From positions 161,184 through 225,183 of the forward strand of contig OZ246404.1 of NCBI GenBank assembly GCA_965230955.1: DNA of 64,000 bases, given 5' to 3'. Positions 56,999-64,000 of the stretch are shown here, piece after piece. A program made the translations under genes and the position numbers. A model generated the notes under the pieces. The model was not told where the DNA came from. It saw only the letters and a list, made by a program, of their open reading frames with translations, and did not search any database. How positions within the stretch are numbered: the first letter of the stretch is position 1; every line of letters starts with the position of its first letter. The stretch comes from an uncultured Candidatus Saccharibacteria bacterium (GTDB lineage: Bacteria; Patescibacteriota; CALEFQ01).

Positions 56999-57298
56999 GT
57001 GAAAACATCGAAAAAGTGCGATGGATACAGCTTGATAGAAATGTTCGTTGTCATCCAGTTGGTCGTGATCGGAGCTGTTTTATGCCCTGTCGTTATGGGG
57101 AATTTCTGGGTAGGGGAAGTTTCGGCGCTGAGAGCTATAAAGCAAGCGGATCCGACCATGGTCGAGCTGGTTATGCTGGAACGCAGGATTTTGTACAGCA
57201 GCCTAGCGGTTGCCCGAGATAAGGATCGACAAGAAAAGACATTTCTGCTTGATGCCAATATTTTGAACCGTGTTGTCGCCACGCTAGAGGAGGACTAG
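56999..57298 (+). CDS. Orphan small protein with a prepilin-like N-terminus
   Basis: AAGGAGG then GTG; KKCDG|YSLIEMFVVIQLVVIGAVL. Confidence 0.6.
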   Translation: MKTSKKCDGYSLIEMFVVIQLVVIGAVLCPVVMGNFWVGEVSALRAIKQADPTMVELVMLERRILYSSLAVARDKDRQEKTFLLDANILNRVVATLEED

Positions 57299-57358
57299 TT
57301 CGTATAAAATGCCCGAGAGGATCTAGCTCTCCGGCATTTTTTTATAGGTTCGGACGGT

Positions 57359-57799
57359 TTATTCCTTCGTAAATCCCAGCGGCAGCAATTCGGCGGTATC
57401 CGCGACAATAATCTTATCTTTCCGACTGTTAGACATGATCACATTAATGGGATGCTTTTGCCGCATGGCGGCTTGCGCCAAGTACTGCCGGCATTGGCCG
57501 CAGGGGGAGATGGGTTCGGCAATCTCGCCTTCGCGCTTACCGGCGTAAACAGCCAGTTCGGTAATATCAGTTTCGCCGGCGGCGTTAGCGGATGCGAGTG
57601 CGACTTGTTCGGCGCAGATCGAGTCATAGGCCATGTTTTCATAATTGGCGCCGAGGAAAATTTTGCCGCTCGCCGCGCGTAAAGCCGCGCCGACGCAGTA
57701 GCCGGAGTTGGTGTTGTAGGCGCGAGGTGCGACGGCCTCCGCTGATTTTAAGAGCTCTTGTTGGAGGGAAGTGAGCTGGGAGTGAGTGATGGTCTTCAT
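57359..57799 (-). CDS. cdd: Cytidine deaminase (homotetrameric type)
   Basis: VGAAL, GANYEN, CAE, PCGQCRQ, LLPLGF. Confidence 0.92.
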   Translation of the reverse strand: MKTITHSQLTSLQQELLKSAEAVAPRAYNTNSGYCVGAALRAASGKIFLGANYENMAYDSICAEQVALASANAAGETDITELAVYAGKREGEIAEPISPCGQCRQYLAQAAMRQKHPINVIMSNSRKDKIIVADTAELLPLGFTKE

Positions 57800-57915
57800 A
57801 AAATTAAAAATTTAAAGAAGAAAATTTAAAAGAAATTTAAAGTTAAAAATTTAAAATGCTTTAATTTTTTCAACTTAGATTTCTTTTCAATTTTAAGCTT
57901 TTATTTTTGGATTTT
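57800..57915. repeat. AT-rich periodic inverted-repeat element
   Basis: aaaattaaaaatttaaa...ttttaagcttttatttttggatttt; same type as 19227 and 62533. Confidence 0.55.
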
Positions 57916-57983
57916 CTCCTGGGATAAATATTAGCACGAACCTGAAGTTCATGCTATAGTGTATCGATATAATAATAATCTCT

Positions 57984-58988
57984 ATGGACAACAGTGTTTA
58001 CATAATTATCGCGGTGGTAGTGGCGGTTTTTGTTGTGATGATGATTTGGCAGCAGCGGCGGTTTAAGGAGCTGAAAGACGGGGGAAAGGTCGACGAGAAT
58101 CTCAAAAACTGGATCGAAGGAACGAAAAAAGACATGGATACCCTCCGGCACGAAGTCCGGGGCGGATTGGATAAAAACACGGAGACTCTTCAGCATCAGC
58201 TGGGCGTGACCAACCAGTCAATCAATGAACGTTTGGATAAAGCCGCGATGTTCATGAAAACGATCGGGCACGAAGTGGGTCAGATGCGGGAACTGGGCAA
58301 GAGCATGAAAGATCTGCAGGATTTCTTGCAATCGCCCAAACTGCGCGGTAATATCGGCGAAGAAATTTTGAAAGATCTGCTCAATCAAGTTCTGCCCACG
58401 TCCAATTTCGCCATTCAGTATAAATTCAAAGAAGGGCAAACGGTCGACGCGATTATCAAAACCGACAACGGCCTAATTCCGGTTGACTCCAAATTCCCGA
58501 TGGAAAATGCCAAAAAACTTTTCGCGACGGAAAACGAAAAAGACAAGGCGGCAGTCAAGAACGAGTTCGGGAAAGATGTGCGCAAGCATATCGGCGATAT
58601 TTCGCGCAAGTATATTTTGCCTTCCGAGGGTACGGTGGATTTCGCAATCATGTACGTGCCGTCCGAATCGGTTTACTACGAAGTGGTGACCAATTGCCAA
58701 GAAGTGATCGATTACGGTCAGACGAAAAAAGTTTTTCTGGTCTCGCCCAACAGTTTTTATTATTTTTTGCAGGCCATCATGCTCGGACTGCGCGGTAAAA
58801 AAATCGAAGAAAAAGCCAAGCAGATTATGGATACCCTGGGGATGATTCAGCAAGAATCGGTGAAATTCGGCGAATCGCTCGGAGTGCTGGATCGACATTT
58901 GACCAACGCCAAAAACGCCATGGAAGGCGTGACTTCGAAATATAGCAAGCTGAGCGGGAAGATCGATAGCGTCAAACTGCTGAAATAA
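57984..58988 (+). CDS. rmuC: DNA recombination protein RmuC family
   Basis: N-terminal TM, coiled coil, PKLRGNIGE, VDSKFP, KYI.P..GT.DFAIMYVPSE. Confidence 0.92.
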   Translation: MDNSVYIIIAVVVAVFVVMMIWQQRRFKELKDGGKVDENLKNWIEGTKKDMDTLRHEVRGGLDKNTETLQHQLGVTNQSINERLDKAAMFMKTIGHEVGQMRELGKSMKDLQDFLQSPKLRGNIGEEILKDLLNQVLPTSNFAIQYKFKEGQTVDAIIKTDNGLIPVDSKFPMENAKKLFATENEKDKAAVKNEFGKDVRKHIGDISRKYILPSEGTVDFAIMYVPSESVYYEVVTNCQEVIDYGQTKKVFLVSPNSFYYFLQAIMLGLRGKKIEEKAKQIMDTLGMIQQESVKFGESLGVLDRHLTNAKNAMEGVTSKYSKLSGKIDSVKLLK

Positions 58989-59010
58989 AAATCAAAAGAC
59001 ACATTATTTT

Positions 59011-59040
59011 AAAAGCTCTTTCCTCGGGGAAAGAGCTTTT
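59011..59040. terminator. Bidirectional terminator
   Basis: aaaagctctttcc-tcgg-ggaaagagctttt. Confidence 0.75.
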
Positions 59041-59047
59041 GGGAACA

Positions 59048-59497
59048 TCAGTTCAGCTTTAAGCGGAAAACGTTGGTGTCGCGCAGTGTGAAACCCATCT
59101 TTTCGTACAGGCGATGTGCGGCTTGCCGGGTCGGGTTTGAGGTCAGGTCGATCAGTTGCGCTTGGCGGCGGACGGCGATTTTGATGGCCTGGTCGGTAAG
59201 CTTCTCGCCGATACCGAGACCACGAAAATCCGAGTCGACCACGACGTCTTCAATTTGCGCTTTGGACAGGGACAGAGTGTTGATCATGATGAGCATGGTC
59301 ATGCCGACGAGGGCTTCGCCCCGGTAGGCGAGCAATAAGTGGGTGTTCGGATCGGCGATGATTCTCTTGAGCTTCTCCGCGGTCAAGGGGAGCGCCTCCG
59401 GATCAAGCTGGAATAGCAATTTGTTCAGGGACGGCAGTAGTGCGGGATTGTCATCACTGATTTCGCTTATCGTTAGCGGAATGTTACTTTGGATCAT
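59048..59497 (-). CDS. GNAT acetyltransferase
   Basis: IEDVVVDSDFRGLGIG, LTSNPTRQAAHRLYEKMGF. Confidence 0.9.
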   Translation of the reverse strand: MIQSNIPLTISEISDDNPALLPSLNKLLFQLDPEALPLTAEKLKRIIADPNTHLLLAYRGEALVGMTMLIMINTLSLSKAQIEDVVVDSDFRGLGIGEKLTDQAIKIAVRRQAQLIDLTSNPTRQAAHRLYEKMGFTLRDTNVFRLKLN

Positions 59498-59622
59498 AAG
59501 AACCTCCTTGGTTGATAACTTTACGCTACAAAAAAATAGAGTGATTGTCAACGGGTTGTTTTTAAAAATAAAAAAACCTTCCTCGGTGCGAGAAAGGCTC
59601 GGAGTTCAAAGTCGCAATTGAT

Positions 59623-60276
59623 CTAGAATTTGAACTCGACGAAACCGGAAATGTTTCCGGGCTTTATTTTTCCGGCCAGGCATTCCATCCAGACGAACAA
59701 TGCGGAAGGGAGTACGTCATTCTGGAGAAGAGGGAAGCTAAAACTTTTTTTCGTCACCAGGCGGAGGCAGGCTTTGGGGCCGCCGTTGTCCGGCCGAAGG
59801 AAAGCGTGATACCAAAAATAATTTTGGAAGGGAAAATAAGGATCCCAGGAAGGTGTGCTCGTAAATCTTTTGACGGTATTGGGAGGGGGCACGATGCCGA
59901 GAGGAAAGGGGGGGCTGAAAGGAGCGCTAATCGGGATTTCTTCGAACAGCTCCAGTCGGAAGTTGCAAAGGTGTTTCAGGGCAGGGTTGACACGATTGAT
60001 TCCGGAAAAGTTGTCCAGTACTGGATCGGGGAGATCGCGGTCGTCTAGAAGCTGAATCCATTCGTCCGAAAAAGGGGCCAGAGCTTTCTCGAGATCTTCC
60101 ATGATGCTGTGAACTGAGGGCTGGTAGTAGGTTCTTTCGGTTCTATTGGCGGTTGAAGGTGGCATGCTCCAATGAGAGAAATCTTCTTGCGGTTCGGGCA
60201 CTTGATCTCGGTCCAGGTGCTCTGCCAATCTTTTGACGGCTTCCGGGTCTATTAATAACTTTACTGAAACTCTCAT
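59623..60276 (-). CDS. Hypothetical protein (distant paralog of the next ORF)
   Basis: AAGGAGG SD; shared leader; starts MRVSVKLLID. Confidence 0.65.
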   Translation of the reverse strand: MRVSVKLLIDPEAVKRLAEHLDRDQVPEPQEDFSHWSMPPSTANRTERTYYQPSVHSIMEDLEKALAPFSDEWIQLLDDRDLPDPVLDNFSGINRVNPALKHLCNFRLELFEEIPISAPFSPPFPLGIVPPPNTVKRFTSTPSWDPYFPFQNYFWYHAFLRPDNGGPKACLRLVTKKSFSFPLLQNDVLPSALFVWMECLAGKIKPGNISGFVEFKF

Positions 60277-60302
60277 GATAATAATCCTCCTTATGTTTCA
60301 GC

Positions 60303-60373
60303 ATTGTTAACGAACAATCCCCACCTTGGGGATTTTCTATTGGTAGGGTATGTTTTTTGATTGTTATTGTCAA
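60303..60373 (-). promoter_or_regulatory. Duplicated leader, copy 1: sigma70 promoter, hairpin and boxA-like motif
   Basis: TTGACA-N17-TACCCT, AATCCCCA-AGG-TGGGGATT, TGTTCGTTAACAAT. Confidence 0.65.
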
Positions 60374-60472
60374 TGGTAGTATCAAATGTAGGGGCGCCCC
60401 CGTGTGGGCGCCCTTAAACATTTCAAAAAAAGCCCGACTCTAAAAGAAGAGTCGGGCGACGATGTTTTGTGT

Positions 60473-61186
60473 CTAGAAAACGATGAGGGGTATTACTCCC
60501 TTGGCCGGATCGGCTTTTCCGTGCTGTGTATGACGCTCTTTTATAGCTATTCCAGAGCTGGGGCTTATCAGTCGTTGCCAGTAGGAAATAAGTTCGATGG
60601 CCGAGAGAACGAAAGTCGGACTGTACAGCGGCTCAGGTTCGACCATTTTTAAGTGCAGGTGCTGGATGTCGGAAGAAACTGAATAGTGATGGTAGAAATA
60701 ACGTTCTTCCAGCAGGGCATCGCGATAGATCAATGGGCCGATCATGTTGCTTCGTCCGGATTCAATCGGAGTCATGGCGTGCCAAAGACTTTGATTATGG
60801 CCTTGGCCGGATAGTTTGTCGAAAAGGTGCCAAGTCCCGCCGCAAAAAAGGAACAATGGAAGGAATTCTTCACAGACCCGACGGTTCTTGGTGGTGATTC
60901 CTCGCACCCAGTTTGTAATATCTTGGGCAATCTGAGGGAGATCCGCTTCTGTGAGGATATCATGATCTTGCGCCAGAAAAGTATCGATTAGGAGGTCGTG
61001 GATTTTTTGCTCCAAAAAAGTTCGACTCCATTTTAGAAACCCTTGGTCCTTTTTGCGTGTTTTTGCTTCCAAATTCAAGAAGCACTGATTGATGCTCGGA
61101 TCAGGATGCGTTCCTGACTCCTTGAAGATCTGAAGTGCCGGCCAAAAAGAGTTCCAGTCAAACCATAACCTTACTGAAAGTTTCAT
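60473..61186 (-). CDS. Hypothetical protein
   Basis: AAGGAG SD; shared leader; starts MKLSVRLWFD. Confidence 0.65.
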   Translation of the reverse strand: MKLSVRLWFDWNSFWPALQIFKESGTHPDPSINQCFLNLEAKTRKKDQGFLKWSRTFLEQKIHDLLIDTFLAQDHDILTEADLPQIAQDITNWVRGITTKNRRVCEEFLPLFLFCGGTWHLFDKLSGQGHNQSLWHAMTPIESGRSNMIGPLIYRDALLEERYFYHHYSVSSDIQHLHLKMVEPEPLYSPTFVLSAIELISYWQRLISPSSGIAIKERHTQHGKADPAKGVIPLIVF

Positions 61187-61210
61187 GTGATGTTCTCCTT
61201 TGCTTCCAGT

Positions 61211-61281
61211 ATTGTTAACGAACAATCCCCAGCTTGGGGATTTTCTATTGGTAGGGTAGGTTTTTTGATCGTTATTGTCAA
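61211..61281 (-). promoter_or_regulatory. Duplicated leader, copy 2
   Basis: About 70 nt with only a few substitutions relative to 60303-60373. Confidence 0.65.
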
Positions 61282-61358
61282 GGGATGCCCCCACACTCAA
61301 GCAACTTGAATGTGGGGGCCCCTACACATTTTATTGAAATTACATTATAATAAAATCC

Positions 61359-62534
61359 ATGCGTACCACCATTGAAATCAGCCGTTCGGCGCTGACAGAC
61401 AATATTAAACTTTTCAAAAAGATTATCGGCCCACCTTCGTCCCGAGGAAGCCTCGGAACTGCGTCTGTGCCCGGCGGTCGTCTTTTGGGCGTCGCGGTGA
61501 AAGCCAATGCCTACGGCCATGGCTTGGTGGAAGCGTCGCAAATTTTTCTGGCGGCGGGAGCTGATTGGCTGATTGTCGATAGCGTGGAAGAGGGAATGGT
61601 TTTGCGAGAAAACGGTTTGCTGGCTCCGGTGTTGATTGTCGGCTATGTGCCGCTCCAGGATCTGGAAAAAGTTTTTGATTACGATTTCCGGCTGGTGGTT
61701 TACAACAAGCAAACGATAAAAAAACTGGAACAAATCTCCAAAAAGCGCCGGCAAGTCGTGCGCGTTCATCTGAAAATCGAAACCGGCACGATGCGGCAGG
61801 GGATCATGCCCAAAGAAGTGATTCCTTTGGTGCGATCGATCAAGTCCAAACTGATTGAAATCGAAGGCGCCTCAACTCATTTCGCTAATATCGAAGATGT
61901 CCTGGAGCACGATTTCGCCGCCAAGCAATTGGATACTTTCAGGGCGATCGTCGAATTGCTTAAAGCCAACAAAGTCCCGCTGAAATATATTCATTGTGCC
62001 AATTCGGCGGCGACGATTCTTTTTCCCAAAACATATTTCAACTTGGTTCGAATCGGTATTTCCGCCTACGGGCTTTGGCCGTCGTCGGAGACGAGATTGA
62101 GCGCCGTGAAAATGCACCGCAATCAATTGCATTTGGAGCCGGCGCTGTCGGTCAAATCTCTGGTGGCTCAAATCAAAGAAGTGCCGGCAGGTAGTTTCAT
62201 CGGCTACGGCTGTACCTATAAAACCACCAAAAAATCAAAAATTGCCGTGGTCCCGATCGGATACTATGACGGCTACGATCGCCGGCTGTCCAACACGGCC
62301 CATGTCTTGATTCACGGTCAGCGCGCGCCGGTACGGGGGAGAGTGTGCATGAACATGATGATGGCGGATATTTCCGATATTCCCAATGTCCGGCTGGAAG
62401 ATCCGGTGGTCGTTCTGGGAGTTCAGGGAAAAGAAGAAATAACGGCGGAACAATTGGCGGAATGGTCCGGGTCGATTAATTATGAAGTGGTGACGAGATG
62501 GAGAGAGACGCTGGAGAGAAAAATAAAAGCTTAA
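61359..62534 (+). CDS. alr: Alanine racemase
   Basis: AVKANAYGHG, HLKIETGTMRQG, HCANSAA, VRIGISAYG, GYYDGY, GRVCM, INYE. Confidence 0.96.
   Translation: MRTTIEISRSALTDNIKLFKKIIGPPSSRGSLGTASVPGGRLLGVAVKANAYGHGLVEASQIFLAAGADWLIVDSVEEGMVLRENGLLAPVLIVGYVPLQDLEKVFDYDFRLVVYNKQTIKKLEQISKKRRQVVRVHLKIETGTMRQGIMPKEVIPLVRSIKSKLIEIEGASTHFANIEDVLEHDFAAKQLDTFRAIVELLKANKVPLKYIHCANSAATILFPKTYFNLVRIGISAYGLWPSSETRLSAVKMHRNQLHLEPALSVKSLVAQIKEVPAGSFIGYGCTYKTTKKSKIAVVPIGYYDGYDRRLSNTAHVLIHGQRAPVRGRVCMNMMMADISDIPNVRLEDPVVVLGVQGKEEITAEQLAEWSGSINYEVVTRWRETLERKIKA
61429..61480. repeat. Palindromic element inserted in frame in alr
   Basis: ccaccttcgtcc-cgagg-aag-cctcg-gaac...cggcggtcg; ends match 53724-53780. Confidence 0.6.
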
Positions 62535-62634
62535 AAATATCAAAATTCAAAAGAAATTGAAAATATAAATACTGTTATTTATATTTTCAGCTTTAAGTTT
62601 CTTTTGAATTTTTTGTTTTTATATTTTAGATTTT
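62533..62634. repeat. AT-rich periodic inverted-repeat element
   Basis: aaaaatatcaaaattcaaaagaaattgaaaatataaat...atttatattttcagc...tcttttgaatttt. Confidence 0.6.
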
Positions 62635-62693
62635 ACTAAAATACCCCGCCGCGCCATTGGGCGAGCAGGGTATTTTCATTGAGAGAGGCAAAG

Positions 62694-63050
62694 CTAGAAA
62701 GGCAATTCGGCTTCAACTACGATGGGCGCGGTCAGGTCGGGTGCTTTTATTTCCACCAGGGCTTTGTTTGGAGTTCCCTTTACTATATAGAGGACCGCTT
62801 CGTGGTCTTTGGTGCCGGGTGAGAATCGGCCGCAGAATTCGGTGACGTAAAATTTACTCTCGACGCCGGCGGCGACTTTGCGGGCATCAATGTTTTCTAC
62901 ATTGACCGGCCCGTCCGGTCGGAAATCAGCTTCGACGCGCACAAAAGGTTCTGTGCCGCTGGCACCGCCAATTTTTTTGATGAAACGGATTGCTTTAGGC
63001 ACTTTGGCGCCAGAAGTTATCGCTTGTTCCTTGATAATTTCGTCGGCCAT
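62694..63050 (-). CDS. Hypothetical protein
   Basis: ATG at 63050; coding-like codon use; hairpin downstream. Confidence 0.6.
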   Translation of the reverse strand: MADEIIKEQAITSGAKVPKAIRFIKKIGGASGTEPFVRVEADFRPDGPVNVENIDARKVAAGVESKFYVTEFCGRFSPGTKDHEAVLYIVKGTPNKALVEIKAPDLTAPIVVEAELPF

Positions 63051-63088
63051 GTTTTTGATGTTAATGATAACAATAGTATTATAGCAAG

Positions 63089-63201
63089 AAAATATCCAAT
63101 CATAAATAACAAATATCAAATAAAATTCAAGCTCCAATTACCAATGAAATCATCCCCATCTTTGTAATTGAAGCTTTGTTGGTTATTTGTGATTGGATAT
63201 T
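63089..63201. repeat. AATAACA-type periodic inverted-repeat element
   Basis: aatatccaatcataaataacaaat...caagctccaattac...gtaattgaagcttt...gttatttgtgattggatatt. Confidence 0.75.
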
Positions 63202-63290
63202 ACTGAAAAATGCCTTTCCCAATCTCTAAGGGAGCGAGGTTTTTTTTAAAAGAAAAAGCAGATGCCAAGGCATCTGCTGGGTGAAAGTTT

Positions 63291-63740
63291 TCAGTCGAAT
63301 AACAGGAATAACATTAAGACATACACGGTGGGGCCGATTTTTAATCGGATGGGCTCTTCCTCTTTGGTGTACGGCTGACATTGCAAGAGTTTTAAGCAAA
63401 CCCAGGCGGTGATCAGGCGTGACCGGAAAATGATAATGAAGATAAGGAAAAGTGCCAGAAATGACTGAAACAAGAATAGCACGCTGATGCTAAGTAGGGC
63501 CAAGCAGATTTCCAAATAAGTCATTAGAATTATTTGTATTTTCCTGGCCGGAATGAGGATGATCGAACATCCAATTAGCATCAGTAAAATGAAAATGCGA
63601 GTTGTTTGGTGAGCCAACGGGTTGGTTGCCGGTACGTGCGGCAGGATGAGGTAATTGATTGCCAAAATGATACCTCCGATAATCACCAACGCTATGCCTG
63701 CGGTTTCCCGGAGCGAGAGTTCCCTCGACAAAATTTGCAT
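63291..63740 (-). CDS. Hypothetical membrane protein
   Basis: AAGGAGGTG SD; several TM helices. Confidence 0.6.
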   Translation of the reverse strand: MQILSRELSLRETAGIALVIIGGIILAINYLILPHVPATNPLAHQTTRIFILLMLIGCSIILIPARKIQIILMTYLEICLALLSISVLFLFQSFLALFLIFIIIFRSRLITAWVCLKLLQCQPYTKEEEPIRLKIGPTVYVLMLFLLFD

Positions 63741-63812
63741 ATACACCTCCTTGAAAGCAAATCCGGTAATTATATAGAAACAAAGCAAAAAGTCAAGCAT
63801 CAAGGAAATGTT

Positions 63813-63924
63813 AAATCACAAATAACCAATATCAAATAAAGCTCCAATAACCAAGATCGAAATGATCTTATTGGTAATTTGAGCTTTGATTTCATTTGTT
63901 ATTTGTTATTGGATATTGGTTATT
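63813..63924. repeat. AATAACA-type periodic inverted-repeat element
   Basis: aaatcacaaataaccaatatcaaataaagctccaataacca...gagcttt...ttgttattggatattggttatt. Confidence 0.75.
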
Positions 63925-63945
63925 ATTTCTGTTATTATACATCCG

Positions 63946-64000
63946 ATGGATATGCTAAAAGACCTAAACGATGAACAGAAAAAAGCGGTCACGCACGGGA
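63946..64000 (+). CDS. UvrD/PcrA helicase, 5' end only
   Basis: MDMLKDLNDEQKKAVTHG resembles the Q-motif start of SF1A helicases. Confidence 0.7.
   Translation, partial: MDMLKDLNDEQKKAVTHG

Overview
A 64 kb chromosomal window from a bacterium that looks like a Patescibacteria (CPR) member using genetic code 11. The evidence is VirB2/TrbC-like pilins with Cys-rich tails, GxAWxPNIGWI-repeat and FG-GAP surface proteins, and a type IV pilus operon with no secretin. Contents from left to right: (i) a surface-protein locus with three paralogous Ca-binding/Ig-like anchored proteins, two Cys-rich pilins and a beta-propeller; (ii) repair, recombination and competence genes (radA, mpg, recG, comF, clpC, recX); (iii) tRNA-Arg(GCG) and a tRNA-Ser locus with partial tRNA duplications, a repeated 40-nt T-loop insertion and a small GIY-YIG nuclease; (iv) a type IV pilus operon with a four-helix-bundle gene inside it; (v) ligA, gatC/HD/gatA, an NHL/FG-GAP protein, tRNA-Asp/Met/fMet, flavodoxin, a GT-C glycosyltransferase, cdd, rmuC, alr and the start of uvrD/pcrA; (vi) many stand-alone orphan genes with their own promoter and Shine-Dalgarno (SD) site. 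The two most unusual signals are non-coding. One is about 20 inverted-repeat elements with 7-nt periodicity, seen empty, carrying cargo (four-helix-bundle gene, structured insert, tRNA) or inside a coding sequence. The other is a candidate ~490-bp GIY-YIG mini mobile element that interrupts tRNA T-loops and carries an intact replacement tRNA. All calls were made by eye from motifs; no searches were run.
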